This document shows positions 36,923-52,380 of a DNA stretch of 64,000 bases, piece after piece. The stretch comes from Dimorphilus gyrociliatus. Its lineage: Eukaryota > Animalia > Annelida. The first letter of the stretch is position 1. Each line of letters begins with the position of its first letter. The notes under the pieces are model-generated. The model worked only from the letters and a program-made list of their open reading frames with translations. It searched no databases and was not told where the DNA came from. Location: assembly GCA_904063045.1 (NCBI GenBank), contig CAJFCJ010000017.1, positions 558,001 to 622,000 of the forward strand, read 5' to 3'. A program made the translations under genes and the position numbers.

Positions 36923-37392
36923 ATGCAATTTTCAACAATAGAAAAATTACAAGAGCAACAGTAAGTTAAAATTAATAGGTTGAATCATACATTTAATAGT
37001 GTTTATATAGGACCAAAGAGGTTCACAGAGTAATGAGAAAATTGGTAAAGTATACTATAATGATGTTCTGTCTTCCTATTGCAACATACTTCGCCAGCAA
37101 ATTACTTTTACTTGAAGGTACTTATTTATTTCTTTAAGCGTTTGATTAATTGAAAAAAAAAGTGTAGTAACAATCAGGAAAGTGTAGAACTTCTTCAATG
37201 ATCATTCATTGTGAGAAAATTATAACTTTAGTTTCTCTTTATTCCACAGGTTTTTTCCATATGAGTAGTCAAGACAGCTATTTCTACGCTGCCATATTAG
37301 CAATTGTCGTCGTTCATATCATTTTGGTTCTTTTCGTCATAGCGGCAATTAAAGATGATAGTGGAGTAAATAAGGACGACAAGTTAGAATAA
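36923..37392 (+). CDS. VMA21: V-ATPase assembly factor VMA21, 3 exons
   Basis: MQFSTIEKLQEQQ|TKEVHRVMRKLVKYTIMMFCLPIATYFASKLLLLEG|FFHMSSQDSYFYAAILAIVVVHIILVLFVIAAI..KDDKLE: two TMs and the VVxVH motif. Confidence 0.88.
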
Positions 37393-37698
37393 GGTGTAAT
37401 TGAAGATTTCTAGAGATATTCTCATTAAAATATTTTCGATACAACTTAATACAAATTGAACAAAGAGACTATTATATAAAGAAATATTTGTACATGTTCT
37501 CTTTTATTCAAAATGTGTATTATAATCTATGCAATTCATTCCGATGGATATTTTTTAATGGTCAAGCCTTAAAATATTTATAATAAACTTGTTGAATTTT
37601 ATATTTGAAAGCAACTAAATGATTACAAGTTTGATTCGTTCACAAACATTGACACAACTTCATTATATATAGCGCTTCAAGTTCAAATTTTTTCATCA

Positions 37699-38517
37699 TT
37701 ATTCTACATCATCTGCGATTTCAACAGTACTTGGAGGAGCTGTCCTAGATCTCATATTCTGTTCAAGCATATATAGTGTATAAAAAAAAATAAATTAGTT
37801 AATTTATTAATTACTTGAGTGACAATAGGCAAACGCGTAAGAATTAAGTTGAAGATTTGAGGTGGAATTGATTGTTGTAAAAGTCCCAATAATTGTTGAG
37901 GTTGTCCACATACTGCTACTGCATTACATAAATGTTCTACTCCTTCCTCCATTTGACCTGTAGCTAGGAGTTCTTCCCCCTTTTGAATTTCTTGTAGGAA
38001 GAATTGATGAAATGAATCTGGGTTGCTCGGGTCAGGGAACTAAAACGAAAAAAATCAATTACTGGTGGTTAAAAATTTAGTTACTATTATGGGAATAGTT
38101 GGAATAAAATTAAAGTTTTTAATAAGGGTTACAAAATCAAGTATAGTTCAGACTTCGTTCTAACCATTCGATGGTTTTGATGTCTTATATGGATTTCTCA
38201 AGGGCAAACGAGGACTTGAACGATCTGAGCATGATAAAAATTACCTCAGTATTAATTCCACTTCTGCTACCTCCCTTAGCTATTCTCCTTCCTGTAAAAA
38301 ATTAATTGTTAGATTTTACGATCAGTTGTTACAAGATAAAAATGTAATAGTTATAAAGCGATATAAAAGAACTCGTTGGAGAGAGGTACTAACGTTCAAG
38401 CAATTTTTTACGAAAATCCGGATGGCTTCGTCTTTTGCGATCAAAGTAAATGCAATATGCAAGGAAGCTAACACCAGCACTAGCAGCGGCTACAATTAGA
38501 GCTGTTCGAGAAAACAT
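37699..38517 (-). CDS. TOMM20: Mitochondrial import receptor Tom20, 4 exons
   Basis: FLAYCIYFDRKRRSHPDFRKKLLE|RRR..|FPDP..FFLQEIQKGEELLATG..GVEHLCNAVAVCGQPQQLLGLLQQSIPP..|..DDVE*. Confidence 0.96.
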
Positions 38518-39664
38518 TATTATACTTTCGTTGAACACGAGACGTGCCGGAAAGCTAAATGGGAGAGTCTAAAAATGACACTTGACGTGTATTAACAATA
38601 ATATTGCAATGCAGAACCAAAAAAAATTAAAAAATAAAAATTTTCATATTTAATTCTGTTCTTTATTTATCTTATGTTTTAATAATCATTTTTCTTTTCG
38701 GAAAGGAGTGCAACTATCGAAAAAAATAATTTTTGAGAAATCTAAATATCAAGAATCTATTGAATACAGGCCATTACTTGTCATCAAAATATATATGTTT
38801 CAAATGAGTGATGAATTTTGATATGTTAGAATTAGATTTGATATAAGACAAAAAAAAGTATCAGTTTAAAAAATGATTTCTTAAGGGCGTTGTTTCTCAT
38901 ATGGACGATATTCAATGACAACAATAGATCATTTCCTAGTAACAAACAATTCCTAACATAGTTTAGTAATATCCCTTATTATTCTTGTAGCATCGCGCTC
39001 TTCGCACAGACGCGAAAGCTTTTCTTTTGACCTTGACCCTTTGAAACTTTGTAAACTGGTCTATTAGCGTTTTTTGTCGCCTTTTTATTCGCTGGGGAGG
39101 AACTGGACTGATCAAAAAAGGCAGGTTGAACGTATGTATTTTATTTTTATTTTAATTTCGATCATTTTATGAATAGTTAAACAACTAATAAATTTAAGGA
39201 AAAACCCGGTGGCAATAATAATCACTTAGATATCAAGAATACGCCTTATCTAAGACAAAACGCCTGCAAATTAGCTGCGGTAGTTCAATCAGAACCAGGA
39301 TGATAATTCGACCTAGTTTTGCACCGAAAAATTTTAAACTATATTTATAATAAAAATTTTGAAAAATTTTGATTGATTATCTATATAAGAAAGGGATGAG
39401 ATTCCTTATGGTTGGAATTATGCTAATCTGACTTAGCATTAGCATTAACCTGAAAAAGGCGCAGGCGGCTTCCTCATTAGTCAGAGGGCTAATACTATAT
39501 GCGACTATTTACGAAGCATATTTTTGTTATTATATTCGAATAGGCTGTACTTGTTAAATTATTCGGTTTCATATACTAAATGTTATTATATTGCTCTAAT
39601 ACCAAGCATATTTAAAGCTTAACGTCAATTTTTTTTAATTCAAATGATAGGTTCTGTTTTCAAA

Positions 39665-40918
39665 ATGAAACGTAAATTATCAATTGATAACAAAGAAAAC
39701 GAAATGAGCAACGGCAACGACGAAATAATCATGAATGATGTAGAGGCTGTAGAGGACGACAATGATGGCTTGGATAAATTAGCTACTCGAAAGAGAAAGC
39801 TTCAAGAACAACTACGGAATCACGAAGCAACTTTAATCTTACTGAAGAAGATCAGGAGCTCTCAAATAGCACCGCAATTATCGCAAAACAATGCCAGTCG
39901 AAAGGTAACTTCTACAAACTCTTCTACACCTTCGAATGTTTCCGTTGTCAAGAGGGAAGTTAAGCAGAACAAAGTTACCACGCCACCAGTTCAGAGAACT
40001 CAGAAATTTGAGGTTAGCGAACAAAATCGTACTGCTGCTAAATTAGCTCTACGAAAGGAATTGGAAAAGACCTTATTACAAATTCCTCCACCAAAACCTC
40101 CACCCCCTGAGATGAATTTTATGCCCTCTTTGTCTAGTACCGATTTTGGCATGTTAATGGGATTGGAGGAAGTTGTCAAATTCATACAGGAGATAAGTAA
40201 TAAGAAACCGGACGTCAAGTACGTTTTCAATCCATTTACTTGTGTACAATGTGGAACTGATTACACTCCTGTCTGGAAACGAGACAAGCCGGGATCGAAG
40301 TCGGTTATTTGTGAACAATGCGTGACTAGCAATCAGAAAAAAGCGCTAAAACAAGAACATACTAATCGTCTCAAGGGTGCTTTCGTGAAGGCTCTACAAC
40401 GCGAGAAGGAAATAGAGCAAAAATTGGCTCAAGGAAATCTTAAAGATCCAATTATAGCCTCGGTTGTCACTCCACCGTCGTCTACAAGCTCTAGACATTC
40501 ACATAGTGAAAAAACGTCAAGCAGCAGAGATAAAAGTCATAGCTCTTCATCCTCTTCCGCCGCTGCTGCTTCGTCTTCTTCTTCATCGAGTCATTCGGCT
40601 GCTGTTCAAGCCCAAGTGCAGGCCGCTATTAATTTCCAAACAATGCAGCAACAAGCCGTTGCAGCTTTGGCCAATCTAAAAATGACACCAGATCAAATTC
40701 GTCAGCATCAAGCTTTGCTTGTCCAAACGCAACAAGCTCAACTTAGGATTCTTCAACAGCAACAAAGCTTGCTACAAAATCCAAAGCATCTGGCAGCGTC
40801 TCTGGGTACTAACTATTCGCCGCAGCAGATAGCAAAGATGGCTGATCTTCAAAGGCAGTTTCTAATGGATATGATTCCAGGTTTGTCTGGAAATCAAGCC
40901 GCTCTATGGAAAAAGTGA
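39665..40918 (+). CDS. GATAD2B: Transcriptional repressor p66 (NuRD subunit GATAD2A/B, simjang), intronless CDS
   Basis: CR1 coiled coil ([22 protein letters not shown]), [31 protein letters not shown]2 zinc finger ([46 protein letters not shown]). Confidence 0.93.
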   Translation: MKRKLSIDNKENEMSNGNDEIIMNDVEAVEDDNDGLDKLATRKRKLQEQLRNHEATLILLKKIRSSQIAPQLSQNNASRKVTSTNSSTPSNVSVVKREVKQNKVTTPPVQRTQKFEVSEQNRTAAKLALRKELEKTLLQIPPPKPPPPEMNFMPSLSSTDFGMLMGLEEVVKFIQEISNKKPDVKYVFNPFTCVQCGTDYTPVWKRDKPGSKSVICEQCVTSNQKKALKQEHTNRLKGAFVKALQREKEIEQKLAQGNLKDPIIASVVTPPSSTSSRHSHSEKTSSSRDKSHSSSSSSAAAASSSSSSSHSAAVQAQVQAAINFQTMQQQAVAALANLKMTPDQIRQHQALLVQTQQAQLRILQQQQSLLQNPKHLAASLGTNYSPQQIAKMADLQRQFLMDMIPGLSGNQAALWKK

Positions 40919-42367
40919 CATTCTTCATTTCCATTAGGTAGATTTGATTTGGTTTGGTTTTTGTTAGTATTTAATGGCTCTATTTATGATAATTTTAAAA
41001 TCGCTGGTCCAGAGTCAATTAATATAATATGGATATCTATGCTTTTGTGTATAATAGTTAGTTAAAAAAAAAGAAACAAGTGCTTTATTGTGTTGTATAC
41101 ATCATTTAATAAATTGCATACATTATTCCCATTAAAAACTGGAAAGCAGATTGAGAATTTAGAAAGGAAATGACAAAATATTTTTGCGCGCAGGATCATT
41201 TATTATGTCTTTTTGCTAGTCTAACCCGACCTATTTTTTACTCTAATTAATCCTTTAATATATATATATATATATATATTAATTGCTGCAAACATAAATT
41301 TATTGAGTGAAAAGCTTGCGAATAAATTCATAGTTATAAATGATTTTCTTGTGTCTTTTTTATGCAAATTACATAATTAACATAATGGATTAAGAAGAGA
41401 AAAAAAAAGGATTGAAGACTTTCATGTCTAAAAGTCTGGAAAAAGATGAAAATTCCAATAAAATTTTCATAATTTATTATCTAATCAAGTATTATGGAAA
41501 ATATCCTATACTACTTACTGTCTTATGCATTTATTATCGTTTAAGGGATTTATAAATGAACTAAATATTGCAAATAATATAATGACGATATTTTACGTTT
41601 TAGTTAATCAATAAATAGCAAAAATCGGTATTTCAAGTAGAATTGATGAAAAAAATGTACTATATATAGACTGACATAAAGTAAGGATAATATGTCATCT
41701 GTTTTTTATTCTACCTACTTCTTCTACGAGTTTTGTTAATATTTTAGGAAAGAAAAGACTCTATCTTCTTCATTAAAACATTATTGCAAAGAGTAAATAT
41801 TCATATTATCTTCTTTCTATATTTATACATACAGTATGTATGAATGTATATACACAGATGTTTCTTGTTTTATTCATTTTGTTTAGTAAACACTCCGTAG
41901 CATTTTATCCAAGTTTATATTGAAAGAAAAATGTAAGTAATTGTACGTAATATCCAGGCTTGTTTCTATTATAGGACTAGTTATGAATATTTTCAAATAA
42001 ATTACTCTAATTAGGATAATTGTGCATTTATTTAAATATCTTTGTTTTTCATAACCGTTAAGTTTTTTACGTAATGTTATAATATAAGAAAATAGAGAGA
42101 GAGAGAGAGAGAGAGATAGAGAAGAAATTATCAACGGCCAATAAGCTTTCATACATTATATATATATATATTTAACTATAGTAACAATATATTCTATGTA
42201 TAGAATGTAAATTATGTAAATTCAACAGTTTCCTTTCGATGTACGAAATATCGAATAGTTAATCGATTATGTTTAAAACTCAACAACGAAGGCTTCTATT
42301 GGCCTCGATCACTATACGTAAATTAATGGTGAGAGATAAGATTACTCGTATATCTCAATCATACGAA

Positions 42368-45549
<3,182 letters not shown>

Positions 45550-45909
45550 AGTTTATCAAGAAGAGATGCTTTTTTTATTTTAGCTCTCTCTTTCTCTTAC
45601 TTATTAGAAGTTAATTAGTTATTTTGTATGATTAAAATCTTTGCACACCATTAACGATAGTTTCTATCATACTATATTAACAATGAACTCTTTATTAACA
45701 TTTCTCTAATTTGTATTGTCTTCTCTTATTGTGTGTTTGTTTGTTTGTTTTTTCCTTACTTTATTAATATCTTCGTTAAAGAAGAGTTTAGAGTAAAGAA
45801 AAATGGGAAATACACAATTTATGTGCTTTTATTGAGATTTGAAGGTTTTTTATACAACTTATTAATCAAAAGCTGTAAATGCTTGTTTATATCTTAGAAT
45901 ATGCAATGT

Positions 45910-45936
45910 GCTCTCTCTCTCTCTCTCTCTCTCTCT
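45910..45936. repeat. (CT)n microsatellite; similar (CT/GA)n tracts at ~42095-42118, ~44010 and ~46818, and (AT)n tracts at ~41260 and ~42730
   Basis: Directly visible dinucleotide runs. Confidence 0.85.
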
Positions 45937-46035
45937 TCATCTCTTCCTCTTCGTTTCTCTTTATCGGAAAAAACTACTTTCTATTTTGCAATAATACAAC
46001 ATAGAAGTTAAAATATTTCAATGTTTTCATTAATT

Positions 46036-46395
46036 TCATTCGTCATCTTCCGCATCTCCATCTTCACCGCCATCTTCTACAATATCCTCAACCGCTTTAT
46101 TCTCCGCCTTATCCTCGTGGTGTTCACTCTCCTTTCTCTTACTTTCGTGATGCTTAACTTGCGAAGTTTCGGCCTTCTTATGATGAGTAGGCGGATGATG
46201 ATTATGATGACCTTTGTCAGATTTTTTTCCATCAACCGAATTTCTGCGTTTAGTCTGAGGTTTTATATGATGCTTTACATTTGGATTGGAATGCTTTCTA
46301 TCCTTTCCCTTTTCCTTCTTTACATCCTTTTTATCGGTATGCTCCGCATGATCAACTGAGTTTGTTTTCTTAATCTTTTCCACTTTCTTGGGCAT
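46036..46395 (-). CDS. Orphan His/Lys-rich, acidic-tailed low-complexity protein (119 aa from ATG 46395)
   Basis: Stop-free and more GC-rich than its AT-rich flanks, with a clean ATG (AAACATGC context). An acceptor-like ttttacag lies upstream. No homology recognised. Confidence 0.55.
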   Translation of the reverse strand: MPKKVEKIKKTNSVDHAEHTDKKDVKKEKGKDRKHSNPNVKHHIKPQTKRRNSVDGKKSDKGHHNHHPPTHHKKAETSQVKHHESKRKESEHHEDKAENKAVEDIVEDGGEDGDAEDDE

Positions 46396-47662
46396 GTTTC
46401 TCCAGAGTGTTGTAAATTTAAAATATCCAAATAACAATGTGAAGAAGATTTCAGTCAACTCTTGTTATTTTAATGAACGAAATCTGCTGTAAAATTTAAT
46501 GAGAGCAATTTACCAGATACACCACCTAGCGTTCAAAAATGTGAAATAAATAAACAATCTGCCTTATTTGGTCTAAAAATAGTAAAAGTAGTAATTTTAA
46601 ATAATAATTAATTGATATTCTAAAAGTGTTTGTAAGTAATTGATATTTTAGAGTTTGATTTAACATCGGAATACAGTTCTTATATAGATATGATATTTAC
46701 TAAAGAAACAATAGTTAGAAGTAATTAATTAGCGTATTCTTATAAAAACTTAGGATTAAATTTAAGGAAATAATTAGTTGATTAAAATCGATTTTCTTTA
46801 AGATAAAAACACGAAATCTCTCTCTCTCTCTCTCTCTTTTCTTTCTTTTCATTTGTTCAAAATGTTTTAATTAGAAATTAAGGAGAAGATACGTAATTTA
46901 TTGTTTATGTTCTCTTCATTTACCTCAAATGAAAGAAGGATAAATAAGAAGATAATTTAAATAATGATAAATATACTTAATTGTTTTATGCATAAGAAAC
47001 ATTTGATTCTCTGTTCAAGAGTTTTAAAAGATTAATTTGAACTAGATTCTTTTTTTAATTAAAGGAAACAGTTAGATGATTAAAATTGATTTTCTCTTTT
47101 TCTCCTTTAAAGATTTGTTTATATCGATTAAAATATAGGTTGGAAAATATAAAGAAACCTTTACCATATATATTCAAATAGTTTGTTTCGTACTTTGTTT
47201 ATTATTTTATTGCATCTTTGCTAAATAATTGATATATTAAATTCTCTTATCGAGAATTGATTATAGCAATAAAATGATGACAAACTAGGATATTGTATCA
47301 ATATAATAGTTTTATATCCTTGTATATATTGATTGTAATTGATTTTGAATTGTTTTCATGAATATCTTAAAAAAGTCAAGGACATTTTAACAAATATTGT
47401 TGTTTGTTTATTAATTCATACTATTGAAAGAATGATATCATAGAGAAATGACGTTAAATTTGATTAGTAATACCCTAAATTCTCCGAAGTTCAACTTTGA
47501 ATAGAAAGAATAAATATATGGTCATGTGATAAGCAGAAAGTTCATTTTTTCCGAAGTTTTTATACTTTTTTATTAATATTAATAGCTTTGAGAAAACTTA
47601 ATCAATTAAACTCATTTCCATCATAAGTAAGTCTTGCTATAAATAGTGCATTAAAAAACTTG

Positions 47663-49597
47663 CTACTGATGAATGCAATAACAAAATAGGGCCAATTCAG
47701 GATAGTCTCTTTCAACACAAACGGCTTGACTTCCATATCTATCTAATCTATTTACTTCCTGTATTTCTATATTCAGTATTGCAGTACGACTGATATCAAA
47801 TGTAGCAGAAACAATTGATTCATATTGTCCGTAGAAGGCGCCTACCATAAAATTTACTTTATAAACTTCCTTGACTGTTTTATTACCTGTTTTCCTTCCG
47901 TTGTTGTTTTGAACTTTATAAGCTTCAAGAATTCTTTTGATCTTTACTGGTTTACAGTGTTGTCTAATTGGTTTCAAAGAATTTGTAATATTTGCTATTA
48001 TAACTTCAGTTAGATGTTCAACAATCGTATCAGTTACACTTATTGCTTTAAATCTATCGCACATACAGAATTTCTTATGAATATTTGCAGCTGCACACGT
48101 TCGATTTTTCGGAAGAGATGATAGTAGGCTTGCAGACCGTTTATGAATTCTTAGTTTAACTTTATCATTTGTAACAAATCTGATAATATGGCTAAACGTA
48201 GCATAAATATCTAAAGTTGTTACTAGCACATCTTTATTCCTTTCTAAATTATTCGATTCTATTGGATGTAGTTTCTTAAAATTATCTGGTAGTCTTATAC
48301 CATAGTAGGGATTAAGTATTTCCCATTGGGACTGTTTCATTTTTCTAATCCGTCCGAATCTTGCTCCATGATCAGACATTAAAATGAATATTGTATTTTC
48401 TAATCTTTTGGATTTTGTCATTCTATGCAACCATTCGGCCTGTGCTTTGTCAGCTCCGCTGATATCGCCAAAATTGTCGTGTGACATTTCCTCGTAATTA
48501 ACGAGAGCCATTTTTGGATTCTTATTGTATGTATCCCAATATTCTTCAATATAATTTTGCAGTATTTCTAATCTAAGCTTTGACTTCAGACAATACTTCT
48601 TATGTTTTTTTTTATGGTGTTTTATAGCCAAGAAAAATGGTCTTGCGTAATGATCAGTAGGAGTTGCATTAAATCCAACATGTTTCCAATTGAAAGAACC
48701 AGTATCCGCAAAGAGTGTAGAATAATTTTGACCCTTTAAATCCTTCCAAATCCATGGATAGTCATCAATGCTTCTAGCACCTTTCTTTCCACGAACAGCC
48801 TGGTGAAGCTCTCTCTCGTGTTTTCCCGTTAAAAGAGGTAAAAACGAGCCCACTGTTCCATAGCCTATAGTGTTAGATCTTTCAAACCAGACTCCTCCAA
48901 TTTCCTTAAAAGCTTCAACTGTTTTAGGTAGAAATCTCTGCCACGAAAGCCTTGACAAGGAATCAAAACACCATATTAAAATGTTCCATTTAGGTTCCTC
49001 GGATGATAAATCACTTTTTGGCGGATTTGAAATAATGTTCCTGTTAGGTTTAATTGTTAAATATAAATTTTCGAATACATAGTTGGAACCTTGAGAACAA
49101 TGAATTGAGAAGATATCAGAAGGAATTTGCATTCCATTTTCTATATTCTTATAGGTTTTGATATCATAAACTCGGCCTTTAAATTTAGAATTTCCTTCTA
49201 AATACTCTTTAGTATCGATAATTCGTAATTCACAAGATACATTATTATTTAATATATGCGTCTTTGCAGTTGTTGTAAATATGATTTTTCTATCACGAAT
49301 AATAAACCATTCCGATTCGGGTGAATCACAAACGACAGGTTCGAATTTGAAGCCATTTTTCTTGATATCCTTTGGCCATAATTCCAGTTTTGGTATTTTG
49401 CAATGAATCTTTTTCCCTAAATTTCTAAGTCTTGACACTTGAACAGTTTTCTTAGCAGAAATATTAGTCTCAGGCTTTGTAATGTCGACAAAAGTTATGT
49501 CTTTCTCACGTTTTAAGAAAGTTAGAATGAACACAAATGTTAGCAATATACTGATAACATAAAATCTGTTTCTCTTATAACATATCCATATATTCAT
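47663..49597 (-). CDS. DUF229 protein (alkaline phosphatase/sulfatase superfamily), copy 1, intronless
   Basis: N-terminal TM anchor, FDSLSRLSWQRFLPKT, LLTG, MSHD, MSDHGARFG, TTLDIYATF, RTCAAANIHKKFCMC and C-terminal RLDRYGSQAVCV..FCYC. Confidence 0.9.
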   Translation of the reverse strand: MNIWICYKRNRFYVISILLTFVFILTFLKREKDITFVDITKPETNISAKKTVQVSRLRNLGKKIHCKIPKLELWPKDIKKNGFKFEPVVCDSPESEWFIIRDRKIIFTTTAKTHILNNNVSCELRIIDTKEYLEGNSKFKGRVYDIKTYKNIENGMQIPSDIFSIHCSQGSNYVFENLYLTIKPNRNIISNPPKSDLSSEEPKWNILIWCFDSLSRLSWQRFLPKTVEAFKEIGGVWFERSNTIGYGTVGSFLPLLTGKHERELHQAVRGKKGARSIDDYPWIWKDLKGQNYSTLFADTGSFNWKHVGFNATPTDHYARPFFLAIKHHKKKHKKYCLKSKLRLEILQNYIEEYWDTYNKNPKMALVNYEEMSHDNFGDISGADKAQAEWLHRMTKSKRLENTIFILMSDHGARFGRIRKMKQSQWEILNPYYGIRLPDNFKKLHPIESNNLERNKDVLVTTLDIYATFSHIIRFVTNDKVKLRIHKRSASLLSSLPKNRTCAAANIHKKFCMCDRFKAISVTDTIVEHLTEVIIANITNSLKPIRQHCKPVKIKRILEAYKVQNNNGRKTGNKTVKEVYKVNFMVGAFYGQYESIVSATFDISRTAILNIEIQEVNRLDRYGSQAVCVERDYPELALFCYCIHQ

Positions 49598-50460
49598 GTT
49601 TAATGTTTTCTCCAGTTTTGCTGTGTTATAAGTTATATATATATATATATACTACTTCCATTAAATAGTATAAATGCATTAACCAGCTTTAATTATTTAC
49701 CAAGCTTGAATATATCAATATTCCTATTTTCTTTTTGCTAAAGCTACTGAAGAGCACTATTGAATCATGGCGTCGATATGAAGAAAGATTAAATAGGTTT
49801 AAATAATGATTCTCGGAAATATTCGCCTGAGAATCGTACTATATAAAAATATCAAACAACTATTTAAAAGGAAACTACAGTATATTCAACTAAAGCTGTC
49901 TGAAATCTGCTTCATTGATTTTTAAGAAAAAGTAAGTTTCATACGTATTAAACAATCTATTCTATTTAAGCAGTTCTGTTTACTCAATGTTCTTTAATGG
50001 TATAGTAAACTAAAACTGAAAACTTTTACAGAAAATCTATATATCGACTCTATTTTATACGTTTTAGAATAAATCATTTACTCACAAATGAAGCTGAAAC
50101 ATTGATAAGCAAAGAAAGAGACAGCGACAAAGAGAGAGAGAGAGAGAAAATGAAGTATTACATTATTAATGCAATCCATTTCAAATTACTCTATTTATCC
50201 CACAAATTATTCATTTTATGTAAATTTATTCATTTTAAAAATAGAATAAAACTGTGTAAAAACAAAACAAAGAAAGAGGCAAAGAGAGAGTTATCGACAT
50301 TAGTTATCTCATGAAACAATTGTATTCCATATCCAGAGATAGCGAAAGCATCTAAACTCCCTTCCATCTTCCTTGAATCATCATTGTAAATAAAATATCT
50401 AAAAGTAGAAAAAAAAAGAAAAGAAAAAAAACAAAGATTTGTTTAAAACAGTGAAAAAGA

Positions 50461-52380
50461 TTATTTACAAAAACAGAATGGAGATAAGAACGCATATTCG
50501 TCACTTAGGCATGCCACATTTTCATAATTACCATAGCCATGATATCTATTTATATTTGTTATCGTTATGAAAGGTCTATTGGACTTATTCCTTATCTTAA
50601 CGTTAGCTGACCCATCGTACATCACACCAACTTGGTCAATGATAAATTTTATATTATAGTTATATTCTTTAGTTTTAAAATCTCTTATTCTATTTAAAAG
50701 TCTATTATAGACGCTTAAAGACGCTTTATGTATTCTTAAAAGCTTTAATTTAGAACATTGACTCTGAACAGGTTTTAATCTTTCTGTAATATTTTTAATC
50801 ATAAGATTTGCAATTGTATCAACAATGTCATCTGTAACGTTTACTTTCTTATTTTCGTTACAAGAGCAAAATCTTTGTTTAATATTAGCTTCTGCACATT
50901 TTCGACTATGTTTAATTTTGTTAAATAGACTAATTGAACCAGGATGTATAGGAACTTTTAAGCTTTTATCAGAAACCATATCAACAATATCCGACAGCAT
51001 GGCATGAACATCAAATGGCGTTATCATTTTATCAATATTATTTAATAGATTTTCAGATTCCTTTTGATGTAATAATTTGAATAATGTTGGTACAATAATA
51101 CCAAAATATGGATTTAACAATTCATAATTAGATTGTTTTGTTCTCTTAAATATTCCTCTTTTAGTTCCATGATCAGACATAAAGATAACAATTGTATTAT
51201 CTAACTTTCCCGATGATTTCATATCTTCTAAAAATATTTTTTGATATTTATCAGCCAATTGAATATCTACAAAATTCCCATAAGACATTTCCTTATAATT
51301 AACAAAAGCAAACTTTGGATTATCTTTGTAAACGTCCCAAAACTCTTTTATATAATCATGAATTATCGAAATTCTCTTCTTAGAATTAATACAATATCTT
51401 TCATGTTTATGCTTTTCCTTTTCAACTTGCATCATCCAAGGTCTAATATAATGGTGTGTGGGCTTATATTCAAAACCCATATATCTCCTATTAAAAGTTG
51501 AACAATCTCCAAAAAGAGTAGCGTAGCCTAATTTCTTAAGTGGATTCCATATCCAGGGAAGATTATCTATAAAACAAGATTTATCCCAAGTTCTATAACC
51601 CGGATGTACTTCTTTCTCAAATGTACCAGTTAAAAGAGGTTGAATATTCGTAATGGAAGCTTTACCTAAAGCATTCATATGCTTCATCCAAATTCCATCA
51701 AACTTTTCAAAAGTATTAACCGTTTCCGGTAGATATCTATGCCAACTCAGTTTAGATAAAGAATCAAAGCACCAAATTAAAATATTCCATTTTGGTTCAG
51801 CATGCTTTAACAATGGTGGAGGCGTTAATGAGATATTATTATGACGCTTTATATTCAAATAGAGATTTTCGTACGGATGATTGGTATTCGTTGACTCGTA
51901 TACAAGAGTCTGATTCAAATGGGAACATTTAATTGAGTAAATGTCAGATGGAACATTCATACCATCTTTAAAGTTCAAGGTTTTAATAATAAAAGTCTCT
52001 CTAAACATATTAGGTAAACTCTCACTATCCTCTCTCGTATCAATAATATGAATATTACATATAGTCTTATTTCGATTACGTAATCCAACTTTAGTAAATC
52101 TTAATATTCCGTTATTAGCTTGTATCCATTCAGTATTACTAGACTTACATACTGATCGTTTAGGTGGAGTATTTATATCTCTTACATCTCTTGGCCATAA
52201 TTTTAATTCAGGTCTTCTGCAATAATTCATAGAATCCTCTTGTTCCATATTAAAATCTGGTATATCTATTTGAAATAAATTCACAATGTGAACTGGTAGT
52301 TTGGTTAAAGCTGGATAACAGCATACTATTACAAAAATTATTAAAACCTTTTTCCTCTTTAAATAATCGAATACAGTCAT
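50461..52380 (-). CDS. DUF229 protein, copy 2 (tandem paralogue), intronless
   Basis: Same architecture: PKWNILIWCFDSLSK, PLLTG, MSDHG, TPFDVHAML, CAEANIKQRFCSC, ending FCFCK. Confidence 0.9.
   Translation of the reverse strand: MTVFDYLKRKKVLIIFVIVCCYPALTKLPVHIVNLFQIDIPDFNMEQEDSMNYCRRPELKLWPRDVRDINTPPKRSVCKSSNTEWIQANNGILRFTKVGLRNRNKTICNIHIIDTREDSESLPNMFRETFIIKTLNFKDGMNVPSDIYSIKCSHLNQTLVYESTNTNHPYENLYLNIKRHNNISLTPPPLLKHAEPKWNILIWCFDSLSKLSWHRYLPETVNTFEKFDGIWMKHMNALGKASITNIQPLLTGTFEKEVHPGYRTWDKSCFIDNLPWIWNPLKKLGYATLFGDCSTFNRRYMGFEYKPTHHYIRPWMMQVEKEKHKHERYCINSKKRISIIHDYIKEFWDVYKDNPKFAFVNYKEMSYGNFVDIQLADKYQKIFLEDMKSSGKLDNTIVIFMSDHGTKRGIFKRTKQSNYELLNPYFGIIVPTLFKLLHQKESENLLNNIDKMITPFDVHAMLSDIVDMVSDKSLKVPIHPGSISLFNKIKHSRKCAEANIKQRFCSCNENKKVNVTDDIVDTIANLMIKNITERLKPVQSQCSKLKLLRIHKASLSVYNRLLNRIRDFKTKEYNYNIKFIIDQVGVMYDGSANVKIRNKSNRPFITITNINRYHGYGNYENVACLSDEYAFLSPFCFCK

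Noticed and set aside
3389-38517. Apparent cluster of mitochondrial genes (SLC25A16, DUT, PTCD3, SDHAF2, TOMM20)
   Set aside because: They are interspersed with unrelated genes, and 5 of about 31 is not convincing without a genome-wide test.
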